From the NCBI GenBank assembly GCA_963666565.1, contig OY762911.1, forward strand, positions 1,632,001 through 1,696,000: a stretch of DNA of 64,000 nucleotides, read 5' to 3'. The position numbers were made by a program, and so were the translations under genes. Below the pieces are notes generated by a model. The model ran no database searches. It saw only the letters and a program-made list of their open reading frames with translations, and had not been told where the DNA came from. Below, in pieces: positions 1 through 9,716 of the stretch; the first letter of the stretch is position 1, and the number at the start of each line of letters is the position of its first letter. Origin of the DNA: Thermoanaerobaculia bacterium. GTDB taxonomy: Bacteria > Acidobacteriota > Thermoanaerobaculia > Multivoradales > Multivoraceae.

Positions 1-438
1 GACGCGCTCGCCGTGCCGCCGATCTACGCGATGCAGGTCCAGTTCTTCAAGCAGGCGAAGTACTTCGCCGACATTCCGCTGATTCCGATGATGGGGGCGA
101 TCCTCGTCACGAAGCGGGCGTGGAACCGGATCTCGGAAGCGGACCGGAAGGTGATGATCGCCGCCGGCCAGCGGGCCGAGGACAGGATCTTCGAGACGAT
201 TCCCGCGATCGAGCAGACCGCGGTGGGGCTGATGGGGGGCCAGGGGCTGGAGGTCGTGCCGATCGTGGGCACCGAAGTCGAGGACGACTGGGTCGAGATC
301 GCCAGGGACTTCGCGGCCAGCATGCGCGGGAACACCGTGCCGGAGGCGATCTTCGACCGGGCGGCGGCGGTTCGGGACGCGTATCGCCGGCAGCAGGAGA
401 CGGCCGCTCCGTCCACCGGGTCGGACAGCGGCAACTAG
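1..438 (+). CDS. dctP: TRAP transporter substrate-binding protein DctP (5'-truncated by window)
   Basis: Frame open from base 1; C-terminal DctP-like sequence (LVTKRAWNRISEADRKVM); directly upstream of a DctQM fusion. Confidence 0.75.
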   Translation, partial: DALAVPPIYAMQVQFFKQAKYFADIPLIPMMGAILVTKRAWNRISEADRKVMIAAGQRAEDRIFETIPAIEQTAVGLMGGQGLEVVPIVGTEVEDDWVEIARDFAASMRGNTVPEAIFDRAAAVRDAYRRQQETAAPSTGSDSGN

Positions 439-466
439 CCAGCGGCCTTTCAACCCGGGTCCTTGC

Positions 467-2419
467 TTGACTGAGAGCGCCGCAGCGGCCCGTCCCTGGG
501 GGCCGGTGCGCTTCCTCCATCGGGCCGAGGACGGTCTCTCGATCGTCCTTCTCGGCGCGATGGTGCTCCTGCCCCTGGCGGAGATCGTCGTCCGCCGGCT
601 CGGCACGGGCATTCCGGGCGCGCTTCCGTTCGAGCAGCACCTGACCCTGTGGGTCGCGTTCCTGGGCGCGGCGATGGCGTCGCGCGAAGGGCGGCTGCTC
701 GCCCTGGCCACCGGCAACTTCCTGCCGGAGGGCCGGTTCCGCAGTGCGGCGGCGGTGTTCACCGGCGGGATCAGCGCGATGGTTGCGACCCTGCTGGGCA
801 GGGCCAGCCTGGACCTCGTCCGGATCGAGTACGAAGGCGGCATCGAGATGGCGGCCGGCGTACCCGTGTGGGTGGGGCAGGCGGTCATGCCGGTCGGCTT
901 CGCGCTCCTGGCGCTGCGGCTGGCGTGGAAGTCGTCGGAACTCTGGGCGGGCCGCGCCTTGGCCGGGTTCGGCATCGTGCTCGGTCTGTGGATCGGCGCG
1001 AACGCCGACTCCTTCGCGGATCGCACCGCGGCGCCCTGGCTCGTGCTGATCCTCGCTTCGACGCTGCTCGGCGGCCCCATCTTCGCCGCCCTCGGCGGCG
1101 CCGCGGTGTTCCTGTTCCTGTCCGACTGGGTGCCGCTCGCCGCGATTCCGGCCGAGAGCTACCGGCTCGCCGTGTCGCCGACCCTGGCGGCGATTCCGCT
1201 GTTCACGCTGACCGGTTTCCTGCTCGCCGAGGGCGGCGCCTCGGAGCGGCTGCTGCGAGTCTTCCGCGCCATGTTCGGCTGGGCGCCGGGCAGCACCGCC
1301 GTGGTGTGCGCCGTGGTCTGCGCGTTCTTCACCGTCTTCACGGGCGGTTCCGGCGTCACCATCCTGGCGCTGGGCGGCGTGCTCTTCACGGCACTCTCGG
1401 CCGATGGCTACCGGGAGCGCTTTTCGCTCGGCCTCCTTACCGCGTCCGGTTCGCTCGGCCTTCTGCTGCCGATGGCACTGCCGCTCATTCTCTTCGGCAT
1501 CGTCGCCGAAGTGCCGATCGAGGACCTGTTCATCGGCGGGATCCTGCCGGGCCTCCTGCTGATCGCCCTGATCGCCGCCTGGGGCGTCCGGGAGGGTCTG
1601 CGCAGCGGCGCCGGCAAGGCCCTTGCCGTGGCCGCTGAGGAAGACCGCGGCATCCGGGACGTCAGTTGGGAGCGGTTCCCTTCCGTGTTTCGAAGGCGCC
1701 TGCCCATCGTCTGGGAACGGTTGCCGCCTGCCGTCAGGCGGTTCCTGTGCAGTGAGTTCGTGCGCGCTCTCTGGTCCGGCAAGTGGGAGCTGCTGCTGCC
1801 TGTCGTGGTCGTTGGATCGTTCTTCAGCGGCTACGCGACCCTGGTCGAAACGGCGGCCCTGGCGGCTCTCTACGCCTTCGTCGTCCAGTGCCTGGTGCAT
1901 CGCGACGTGAGGCTGGGCAAGCCTCTTCTGGCCGTCGTCCGGCAGTGCGCCGTGCTGGTGGGCGGCGTGCTGATCATCCTGGTGGCGGCCATGGGTCTGA
2001 CGAGCTGGCTGGTCGACGCCCAGGCGGCCCAGGCCCTCGTCGATCTCGTGCAGAACAACATCGAGTCGAAGATCGTCTTCTTGCTCGCGCTCAACGTCTT
2101 CCTGCTCCTGGTCGGCTGCCTGATGGACATCTTCTCGGCCACCGTCGTCGTCGTGCCGCTGATCATCCCGCTCGGCCTGGCCTTCGGCGTCGACCCGATC
2201 CACCTCGGGATCATCTTCGTGGCCAACCTGGAACTCGGCTACCTGACGCCGCCGGTGGGCCTCAACCTGTTCCTGGCGTCCTACCGCTTCGAACGGCCGC
2301 TGCTCGCGGTCTACCGGGCCGCCGTTCCGGCGCTGATCATTCTCGGCTTCGGCGTCCTGCTGATCACGTATGTTCCTGTGCTCACCCTGGGGCTGCTCGA
2401 GTTGCTGGGGAGAACCTGA
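467..2419 (+). CDS. dctM: TRAP transporter fused DctQ-DctM permease
   Basis: 650 aa, highly hydrophobic; DctM motifs AIPLFTLTG, GVDPIHLGIIFVANLELGYLTPPVGLNLF; N-terminal DctQ-like helices. Confidence 0.9.
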   Translation: MTESAAAARPWGPVRFLHRAEDGLSIVLLGAMVLLPLAEIVVRRLGTGIPGALPFEQHLTLWVAFLGAAMASREGRLLALATGNFLPEGRFRSAAAVFTGGISAMVATLLGRASLDLVRIEYEGGIEMAAGVPVWVGQAVMPVGFALLALRLAWKSSELWAGRALAGFGIVLGLWIGANADSFADRTAAPWLVLILASTLLGGPIFAALGGAAVFLFLSDWVPLAAIPAESYRLAVSPTLAAIPLFTLTGFLLAEGGASERLLRVFRAMFGWAPGSTAVVCAVVCAFFTVFTGGSGVTILALGGVLFTALSADGYRERFSLGLLTASGSLGLLLPMALPLILFGIVAEVPIEDLFIGGILPGLLLIALIAAWGVREGLRSGAGKALAVAAEEDRGIRDVSWERFPSVFRRRLPIVWERLPPAVRRFLCSEFVRALWSGKWELLLPVVVVGSFFSGYATLVETAALAALYAFVVQCLVHRDVRLGKPLLAVVRQCAVLVGGVLIILVAAMGLTSWLVDAQAAQALVDLVQNNIESKIVFLLALNVFLLLVGCLMDIFSATVVVVPLIIPLGLAFGVDPIHLGIIFVANLELGYLTPPVGLNLFLASYRFERPLLAVYRAAVPALIILGFGVLLITYVPVLTLGLLELLGRT

Positions 2420-2471
2420 TGCGCCGCCGATCCCTGGCCGGGCGGGCGCTTCGCCCGGATGGAGTTCGTCC

Positions 2472-3026
2472 ATGAATTGGAAACGACTGCAGAGCGTCGC
2501 CGTCGTCTGGTCGGCGGTCTTCCTGGGGCTGGCGATCCTCACGGTCGCCGGCGTCCAGATCGTCCCGCGAGGCGCTCCAGGCCTGGTCTGGGCGCTGCAC
2601 GTTCTGGTGGCGGCGGTCGGCTTCCTGTCCGGCATCGCGGCGACCCGGCGGCGAGCCGAGATCGACGTCGAGCGCTGGAAGCTGGTGGAAGACCCCGACC
2701 TCACCTCGGGCGAACGGGAACACGCCCACCGCGAGGCCGAGTCCCTGTTGCGCCGTGCCAGCGCCCAGTTCCTGCTGACCGGCGTGACCCTGGGCGGCTG
2801 GCTCGCCTACCAGTTGCGCTCCGAGCGCCCCGAAGCCGGTGCAGCGGTGACCCGCGTCCTCGGCGGCGAGGCGCCCGACGTGCCCGCCTCCGGCCAGACC
2901 CTGACCGAGGCTCTCGCGCCCGAGCCCGTCTACACCCCGAGCCCCTCCGATCTGCTGATCGCGACACCCCTGATCGCCTTCGGACTCGGCATGCTCTGGG
3001 CCCGCTACCGAGCCAGCCGCACCTAA
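2472..3026 (+). CDS. Hypothetical membrane protein
   Basis: ATG 2472 after GGAG; about 4 hydrophobic segments; host-like codon usage. Confidence 0.6.
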   Translation: MNWKRLQSVAVVWSAVFLGLAILTVAGVQIVPRGAPGLVWALHVLVAAVGFLSGIAATRRRAEIDVERWKLVEDPDLTSGEREHAHREAESLLRRASAQFLLTGVTLGGWLAYQLRSERPEAGAAVTRVLGGEAPDVPASGQTLTEALAPEPVYTPSPSDLLIATPLIAFGLGMLWARYRASRT

Positions 3027-3328
3027 CGCAGTTGCGCCACCGTGGCGCCCCAGCCGCCCCCGCCCGGCCCGCCGCTCCTGAACCCGACCACCCGCGGATC
3101 CCGCTCCAGCACCTTCCGCACGATCTGCCGCTGCACCCCGACGCCTCGCCCGTGGATGATCCGCACCTCGCGGAACCCTCTCTCGTAGGCGGCGTCCAGG
3201 TAGCTCTCGACCACGTCCTTCACCTCCCGCGGCTGAAACGGATGCAGGTCGATCTCATCGCCGATGGGAACCTCGACGACGTCATCGGGCGAGAGTTCGT
3301 CTTCCGGGTTCCTTTCTGAAGAAGACAC
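3023..3328 (-). CDS. Smr/MutS2-domain protein
   Basis: IDLH...VRIIHGRGVG...GGWGAT Smr signature. Start taken at GTG 3328 because the longer ORF runs into a palindromic element. Confidence 0.85.
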   Translation of the reverse strand: MSSSERNPEDELSPDDVVEVPIGDEIDLHPFQPREVKDVVESYLDAAYERGFREVRIIHGRGVGVQRQIVRKVLERDPRVVGFRSGGPGGGGWGATVAQLR

Positions 3329-3355
3329 GGGCTGGGGTTGTTCAGAGAGAATCGC

Positions 3356-3532
3356 GCAGTGAGGGGATCGGGAGGGGAGGCTCCCAGCGGACTGGAGCCA
3401 AGCGACTCCCGACGACCTTACGGCAACCGCCGTCCTGGCGGAGCGCCGGCGACCGAAGCGAGCGCTGACCTTCCCTCCACCAAGAGAGCGCGAGCGTCCG
3501 CTGGGAGCCTCCCCTCCCGATCCCCTCACTGC
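3356..3532. repeat. Palindromic MITE-like element copy E1 (perfect 37-bp terminal inverted repeats)
   Basis: GCAGTGAGGGGATCGGGAGGGGAGGCTCCCAGCGGAC (3356-3392) and its exact reverse complement (3496-3532). Confidence 0.85.
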
Positions 3533-3537
3533 TCCGC

Positions 3538-6483
3538 TCAGAACAGCTTCAGCACCGCAATGAAGGCGCTCCAGCCGTCGTCGGGGCCAGCCAGGGCGTG
3601 GCCGACGTCCATGTTGACGACGGTGCCCCAAGGGCCGATGAAGGTGCCGACGATGCCGGCGCCGGCGAGCAGTTCGCGGTCGAGGCCGGAGGCTGGGTCG
3701 GTGGCCCAGGCGGCGTCGCCGACGAGGTCGATGCGGAAGATCTCGCCGAGCTCGAAGCCGTAGCTCACGTGGGCGGCCGCGGCGCGTTCGGCCCGCACCT
3801 TGTCGCTCTGGTAGCCGTGGACGTTGACGTCGGAGAAGAAACCGAACTCGTACTTGCTGAACCGGTCGAGATCGCTGCCGTCGACGTACTCAAGGGCCAC
3901 GCCGAACTTCTGGAACTTCGGCAGATGCCAGGTCTTCGCGACGCCGACGTTCCAGAGCGTGTAGCTGTCCGGCGTCACGCTGCCGCCGCCCAGGCCCCAG
4001 GGCTGCCAGTCGCCGCGCAGGTTCCACGAGCCGCCGGCGACGATCCGGTAGCCCGAGCGGATGTAGCGGACGATGGCGCCGGCGCTGTGGCTCAGGTGGT
4101 CCGACGGCAGCACGAAGTCCTCCGCCGTGTCGTCGGCGCGCTGGAACTTGTTCCAGGACAGCTCGTAGCGGAGGTCGAGCTTGACGAAGCTGCCGAGCGG
4201 CCGGCCCAGGCTGAAGTCGATGTTCGGGCGCAGCCGCTCGACGCTCTCGGCCGGCGACTCGACGCCGTCGCGGTAGAGCACGTCCTCGCCCGCGAACGCC
4301 AGCGCGAAGACGTCGACCCCGGCGTCCCAGCGGGAGCCGAACAGGCTCGGGTTGGCGATGTCGGCGAGGATGAGCGGCCCGGCGATGAACAGGTCGGCCT
4401 GGGTGCCCGTGCCGCGCCAGTCGAACGACAGCCAGTTCACCCCGCCCAGCGGCAGCGGCCCGTCCTGGGCCTCGTCGTAGAAGGCGCCGCCGAGGATGAA
4501 CATCCGGGTCTTGTCGTCCTCCTTGACCACCCGTTCGCCTGTCTCCTGGTCGAGTTCCAGGTAGCGGAGGCCCGCCTCCGTGTCTCGCACCATCGTTGCC
4601 TCGGAGGCCAGGGTCGCGTCCCGGCGGGCGTCGAAGTCGGCCGGGTTGATCCGTATCCCGCTCAGCTCGATCTCGCGTTCGACGATCGTCGTCGCGTTCA
4701 GGACCGAGAACAACTGCTGCCCCACGACCCGGGTCGGCAGCCAGTAGGACGAGCGCTCCCACGCCGCCGGGCGTCCGTCCAAGTCCACCGGCGCGTAGAA
4801 CGTGGTCTCGTCGTTGGACAGGACGTCGCCGGTCAGGCCGAGTTGAACGGCGCGCGTCTTCACCCGCGCGTACGTCTCGCGGTCCACCCAGACCGTGCCG
4901 CGGAACAGGCTCCGTCCCTCGGCCAGGGCGGCCGCCGGCTCGAAGTCGACGACCCAGGCGTCGCGGCCCTCCACCGTCGCCGTGCCTCGCAGGCGGTAGC
5001 GGTACTCCCTGGTGAACGTGATCTCGGCCGGCATCGCCGCCGCCTTCTCCGGCTGGATCAGCGGGATCTCGGGGATCCGCTTGCGCCGCCAGCGAATGCC
5101 GTTGACGAAGAAGCTGTCCCAGGCCCAGTCGAAGCCCGCGCCCTGGCGGAAGAAGAAGGGACCCTGGAAGGTCGCGTCCACCGACTGGACGCCGGTTCCG
5201 AGCTGGAAGCGGAGCGACGTCGTGTTCGTGGCGCTGTAGTTCGCGATCCGCCGCGACTGGTCGTCCTCGAAGGCCTGGAGCCGCCGCAGGATCTCGCCGA
5301 CCGGGATGCGGCGGGTGTCGGCGACCGTCAGCGCGTCCTCGATGCTCTCGGTTCCGTCGAGTCCGACCGCCAGATCCCGTTCGAGCCGGAAGACGAAGGG
5401 CTCCGCGGCGTCCCTCAGTTCGAGCTCGTAGCCGTTCCGGGTCCGGCGTCCGCCGAAGACGAGGTCCGATTCGCCGGTCGCCGGGTCGAACCGGGCCGGC
5501 GAGCCGATCTGCCGGTCGCCGAAGCGGAGCGTGAACGGGCCGCCCGTGTCGGGCGGCGAGAGGACGACCCGCAGGCTGAGGTCCTCGCCGCGCACGAAGC
5601 TCCAGGCGTCGGCGCCGGCTGGCGTGGAGTAGGGGTCGAAGGCGACGTCGCCCGAGAACTCCTGGGCGATCAGGCGGGCGTCGCGGACCGTCGCGGCGTC
5701 GGCGGCGGCTTCGCCGGAGAGCTCGAAGAACGAGAGGGAGGCGCCCGCCTCGGCTTCGGCGGCCGCGCGCACCAGCGCCTCGCCGGCCTCGCCGGACGCC
5801 GGGCCGGCCTCGACGGCGACGAGCGCGTCCGGGTCGAGTTCCCGGATGAGCTGCTTCAGTTCGGCAATGCCGGCCGCGCGGCCGGCGCCGGTCCCGCGGC
5901 CAGCCCGGAACGAGACTCCGTCGATGTAGGCGTCGAGTTCCTGGGCGTAGAGGGCGCGGACCAGTTCCGGGTCGGGCGGCAGAGGCTCGGTGACGACGGT
6001 GGCGTCCGGCTGGGCGCCGGTGACGGCGACGGACGCCCGCTTCAGCGCCAGGGCGTACTCCTGGACGGTCGACGGCTCGTTCAGGAGCTCGCCGGGCCAG
6101 ACGAGCTGGAAGAAGGCGCCGGCCTGCGCGGATCGGGCGAGGTCGGCGAGCCGTTCGAGTTCCGGCGTCAGGTCGTCGCCGCCGTCCGCGGCCGGCGGCG
6201 GCGCGGCGAAGCGCACCGCGTACCACGGCAGCGCGCCCGCCGCCGCGAGGGTCGATGCGGCCTCGCGCGCGGCCGTTGCCGCCGCGTCGTCCACGAGATC
6301 CACCGGCCACTTGACGACCAGCACGGCTTCCTCCGGCAGTGCCGGCAGCGTACCCAGAAGGTCCGCGACGGCAGCCGGGTTGCCGGTCGCCAGGCCGACG
6401 CAGGGGTTGCAGGGCAACTGCGCCAGCGCCGGCAGGGCGCCCGCAAGGAGGAGCAGGGTCGCGACGGTTGTTCGTCTGAGCAT
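3538..6483 (-). CDS. Large secreted/outer-membrane protein (C-terminal beta-barrel-like, central LolA/RseB-like region)
   Basis: Signal peptide (ALPALA-Q); alternating aromatic strands and terminal Phe (VLKLF); central YRYRLRGTATVEGRDAWVVDFEP...GTVWVD segment. Confidence 0.6.
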   Translation of the reverse strand: MLRRTTVATLLLLAGALPALAQLPCNPCVGLATGNPAAVADLLGTLPALPEEAVLVVKWPVDLVDDAAATAAREAASTLAAAGALPWYAVRFAAPPPAADGGDDLTPELERLADLARSAQAGAFFQLVWPGELLNEPSTVQEYALALKRASVAVTGAQPDATVVTEPLPPDPELVRALYAQELDAYIDGVSFRAGRGTGAGRAAGIAELKQLIRELDPDALVAVEAGPASGEAGEALVRAAAEAEAGASLSFFELSGEAAADAATVRDARLIAQEFSGDVAFDPYSTPAGADAWSFVRGEDLSLRVVLSPPDTGGPFTLRFGDRQIGSPARFDPATGESDLVFGGRRTRNGYELELRDAAEPFVFRLERDLAVGLDGTESIEDALTVADTRRIPVGEILRRLQAFEDDQSRRIANYSATNTTSLRFQLGTGVQSVDATFQGPFFFRQGAGFDWAWDSFFVNGIRWRRKRIPEIPLIQPEKAAAMPAEITFTREYRYRLRGTATVEGRDAWVVDFEPAAALAEGRSLFRGTVWVDRETYARVKTRAVQLGLTGDVLSNDETTFYAPVDLDGRPAAWERSSYWLPTRVVGQQLFSVLNATTIVEREIELSGIRINPADFDARRDATLASEATMVRDTEAGLRYLELDQETGERVVKEDDKTRMFILGGAFYDEAQDGPLPLGGVNWLSFDWRGTGTQADLFIAGPLILADIANPSLFGSRWDAGVDVFALAFAGEDVLYRDGVESPAESVERLRPNIDFSLGRPLGSFVKLDLRYELSWNKFQRADDTAEDFVLPSDHLSHSAGAIVRYIRSGYRIVAGGSWNLRGDWQPWGLGGGSVTPDSYTLWNVGVAKTWHLPKFQKFGVALEYVDGSDLDRFSKYEFGFFSDVNVHGYQSDKVRAERAAAAHVSYGFELGEIFRIDLVGDAAWATDPASGLDRELLAGAGIVGTFIGPWGTVVNMDVGHALAGPDDGWSAFIAVLKLF

Positions 6484-6498
6484 TGGCTATCGGATCCT

Positions 6499-7527
6499 CT
6501 ACGATGGTTCGCTAGTTCGTGTTTCTCCGGCGCGGCGCCAGAACTCGTCAGCCAGATCGCCGGCGAGCACGATCTCGGGCCGCAGCTCGACGTCGAAGCG
6601 GTCCCGCACGGCCTGGTGAGCAGCGACCATCAGGTCGAGAACGTCGGCGGCGCGGGCGTTCTTCCGGTTGACGATCACGTTCGCGTGGCGTCGGCTGATC
6701 TCGGCGCCGCCGGCCCGCATGCCCTTCAGGCCGCAGGCCTCGATCAGGCGGCCGGCGTAGTCGCCCTCCGGGTTGCGGAACACGGAGCCGGCGTTCGGCT
6801 TGCCGGAGGGCAGGCTCAGCCAGCGGCGGCGGTTCAGTTCGTCGATCCGCCCGAGCGCGGCGTCGCCGTCGCCGCGCCGCAGCCTGAACTCGGCGCGGGC
6901 GACCACCGCGTCCGTGCCCTGAAGGTTCGTCGTCCGGTAGCCCGGCTCGAGGTCCGCGGCGGCGAGCGTCTCGACGGGACGCCCCGGCCGCGCCACCCGC
7001 ACTTCGGCGAGCACGTCGCGGATCTCCGTGCCGTAGCAGCCGGCGTTCATCACGACGGCGCCGCCGACGGTCGAGGGGAAGCCGGCCAGCGCCTCCAGCC
7101 CGAGCAGGCCCTGCTTCGCGGTGTCCCGGGCCAGCCTCGCGAGGGTGGCGCCGGCGCCTGCGCGGACCGTCTCGCCCTCCACCTCGACCTGTTCCAGCTC
7201 GCCGCGAAGGCGGCAAACGACGCCGCTCATGCCGGCGTCCGGAAACAGCACGTTCGAGCCGTGGCCGTGGACGTGCAGCGGCAGCCCGGCGTCGCGGGCC
7301 GCCGTCAGCACGCCGGCGAGCGCCGCCTCCGCGTCGACCCGCACGAACAGCTCGGCCGGGCCGCCGATCCGCAGCGTCGCGACCGAGGCGAGCGGCGCGG
7401 CCTCGCGCACCTCGACGCCGGGGATCGAGGCGAGCCGATCCCGGGTTTTCCGGTTGACGCCTTCGGGGGGCTGCAATACGCTGACCGCTCCCTTGCCGAT
7501 GTTGGCTGTCACGTTCTTCCACGCCAC
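6499..7527 (-). CDS. murB: UDP-N-acetylenolpyruvoylglucosamine reductase
   Basis: RIGGPA, GSNVL, GGAVVMNAG, AGSVFRNP, HANVIVN motifs. Confidence 0.95.
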   Translation of the reverse strand: MAWKNVTANIGKGAVSVLQPPEGVNRKTRDRLASIPGVEVREAAPLASVATLRIGGPAELFVRVDAEAALAGVLTAARDAGLPLHVHGHGSNVLFPDAGMSGVVCRLRGELEQVEVEGETVRAGAGATLARLARDTAKQGLLGLEALAGFPSTVGGAVVMNAGCYGTEIRDVLAEVRVARPGRPVETLAAADLEPGYRTTNLQGTDAVVARAEFRLRRGDGDAALGRIDELNRRRWLSLPSGKPNAGSVFRNPEGDYAGRLIEACGLKGMRAGGAEISRRHANVIVNRKNARAADVLDLMVAAHQAVRDRFDVELRPEIVLAGDLADEFWRRAGETRTSEPS

Positions 7528-7734
7528 GTCGCCGAGCGTCCGCAGCGGCCAACTCCCGAGCTCCGTTCAACCGTCTGACGATCCGGGAGAACGCCGAACC
7601 GGTCGCGCGGGAGTATAGCCACGCGCAGTTCCGGCCATGCCGTCGGGGCGGCGCCGCGGCGGCTTTCCGGGGCGCGACGCCGGCAACCTCTACGGCCCTC
7701 CATGCCCCACCAGCAAAACAGGAGAAAGCGAACC

Positions 7735-8811
7735 ATGAAGCAGAGCCGCGCGAACGGAAAGAAGGGAGCGGGCCGGCAGGAGGCCATCTCGGGCGCGTTG
7801 ACCCAGATCGAACGGCAGTTCGGCAAGGGGGCGATCATGCGCCTGGGCGAACAGGAGAACCTCGGCATCGAGTCCATCTCGACCGGATCGCTCGCCGTCG
7901 ACCACGCCATCGGCACCGGCGGATTCCCGCGGGGCCGGGTGGTCGAGGTGTACGGCCCGGAGTCGAGCGGCAAGACGACGCTCGCCCTGTCGGTCACGGG
8001 GCAGGCGCAGCGCGCCGGCGGCACCGCCGCCTTCATCGACGCCGAGCACGCCCTCGACGCCGAGTACGCCGAGAAGATCGGCGTCAACATCGACGAGCTC
8101 CTCGTCTCGCAGCCGGACAGCGGCGAGCAGGCGCTCGAGATCGCCGAGATGCTGGTGCGCTCGAACGCGCTCGACATCGTCGTCATCGACTCGGTCGCCG
8201 CGCTGGTTCCGCGGGCCGAACTCGAAGGCGAGATGGGCGACTCCCACGTCGGCCTGCAGGCGCGGCTGATGTCCCAGGCGCTCCGCAAGCTGACGGCGAT
8301 CGTCGCCAAGTCGAGGACGACCCTCGTCTTCATCAACCAGATCCGCGAGAAGATCGGCGTCATGTTCGGCTCGCCCGAGACGACGACCGGCGGCCGCGCA
8401 CTCAAGTTCTACTCCTCCGTCCGCATCGACATCCGGCGCATCGCGGCGCTCAAGGACGGCGACCAGGTCGTCGGTTCGCGGGTCCGGGTCAAGGTGGTGA
8501 AGAACAAGGTCGCGCCGCCGTTCCGGGTCGCCGAGTTCGATATCGACTACGGCGAGGGCATCTCGCGCGTCGGCGAACTGATCGACCTCGGGGTCCAGCA
8601 CAAGCGGGTCATGAAGAGCGGCGCCTGGTTCTCGGCCGGCGACACGAGGCTCGGCCAGGGCCGCGAGAACGCGAAGCAGTTCCTGCGCGACAACGGCGAC
8701 CTCGCCGACGAGATCGAAGGCCACCTCCGCGGCGAACTCGGTTTGCCGCCCATCGTCGTTGCGGGCGCCGACGCCAGCGGCGGCGAGCAGGCCGCGGCGG
8801 CGGCCGGATAG
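7735..8811 (+). CDS. recA: Recombinase A
   Basis: [37 protein letters not shown]; AGGAGA upstream of ATG 7735. Confidence 0.99.
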   Translation: MKQSRANGKKGAGRQEAISGALTQIERQFGKGAIMRLGEQENLGIESISTGSLAVDHAIGTGGFPRGRVVEVYGPESSGKTTLALSVTGQAQRAGGTAAFIDAEHALDAEYAEKIGVNIDELLVSQPDSGEQALEIAEMLVRSNALDIVVIDSVAALVPRAELEGEMGDSHVGLQARLMSQALRKLTAIVAKSRTTLVFINQIREKIGVMFGSPETTTGGRALKFYSSVRIDIRRIAALKDGDQVVGSRVRVKVVKNKVAPPFRVAEFDIDYGEGISRVGELIDLGVQHKRVMKSGAWFSAGDTRLGQGRENAKQFLRDNGDLADEIEGHLRGELGLPPIVVAGADASGGEQAAAAAG

Positions 8812-8846
8812 CGGCGGCGGCTCCCGCCTTCGGCTGGACGTCCGCC

Positions 8847-8870
8847 GGGTGCGCGGGTCTTCTGACCCGC
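8847..8870 (+). repeat. REP-like hairpin repeat type A (GGGTGC-GCGGGTC-TTCY-GACCCGC)
   Basis: One of ~17 copies in the window; 7-bp stem, 4-nt loop. Confidence 0.85.
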
Positions 8871-8947
8871 TCTCGGGCGAAGCCGCTTGGGACAGGCTAT
8901 TCTCTGGGCCGCGCGGAGAGATTCCGGATCGAGCGAAGGGAGAGGTC

Positions 8948-9499
8948 ATGAAGAAGATCGAGAATCGGGCATGGTTGCGGCGGCCGGTCGTCGCGTTGAC
9001 GTTCGTGGCGGCAGCCCTGTCGCTGCTGGCCGCTTGCGGCGGCGGCGAGGGCGGAGTCGCCGGGGCGCGGGCCGGCTTCATCGCGGAGATGGGTTCGTTC
9101 TCGGTCGTGCAGCCTCCCGCGGCCGCGGAGGAGGCGACCGAAGGCGCCGAGGCGGAGGCCGAGGCGGCCGCCGACGCCGAAGGGACCGAGGAATCGGCCG
9201 AACCGGTTGAACCCGCGACGGTGACGGTCCTGCTCGACTTCCTGATTCACAACGAGGGCGCCGGCGCCCTCGACGGCGTCACCGTCGACCTCACGATCGC
9301 CGGCCCGGACGGCAACGAGAAGGAGCGCCGCCTCCTCTGGGTCGAAACCGCCGGCCTGACCAAGGGCTCGCAGCGGCAGGTCGCCCACGAACTGACCGAC
9401 GTCGCCTACGTCGACGGCGACGGCTTCCACGTCGAAGTCCGTCACCCGATCCCGATGGAAGAACGCGGCGACTACCGGGAGTTCGACGCCGAGAACTGA
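8948..9499 (+). CDS. Hypothetical lipoprotein
   Basis: ATG after GAGG; lipobox LAAC; acidic linker. Confidence 0.7.
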   Translation: MKKIENRAWLRRPVVALTFVAAALSLLAACGGGEGGVAGARAGFIAEMGSFSVVQPPAAAEEATEGAEAEAEAAADAEGTEESAEPVEPATVTVLLDFLIHNEGAGALDGVTVDLTIAGPDGNEKERRLLWVETAGLTKGSQRQVAHELTDVAYVDGDGFHVEVRHPIPMEERGDYREFDAEN

Positions 9500-9525
9500 G
9501 GTCCTCTGCAGGCCGACAACGACCA

Positions 9526-9699
9526 GTCCGCGGCGGGATGCGGGGAGGGTCCCAGCGGGCTAGAGACGAGCGACTGCCCGCGACCCTCCATCGATCTCCG
9601 ACGCGGCGGAGCGAAGTCGACCGCAGCGAACCCCCAACCCCCCATTCACCAAGAGGGGGTGAGCGTCCGCTGGGACCCTCCCCGCATCCCGCCGCGGAC
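9526..9699. repeat. Palindromic MITE-like element copy E2 (33-bp terminal inverted repeats)
   Basis: GTCCGCGGCGGGATGCGGGGAGGGTCCCAGCGG (9526-9558) and reverse complement (9667-9699); interior alignable to E1; lies between convergent genes. Confidence 0.85.
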
Positions 9700-9716
9700 G
9701 GGTACCCGCCGCGACG

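Noticed and set aside
3329-3631. N-terminal extension of the Smr ORF
   Set aside because: Runs through palindromic element E1 and overlaps the upstream gene.
7560-7734. LexA box upstream of recA
   Set aside because: GAAC-gcc-GAAC is present, but its spacing matches no SOS box I can support.
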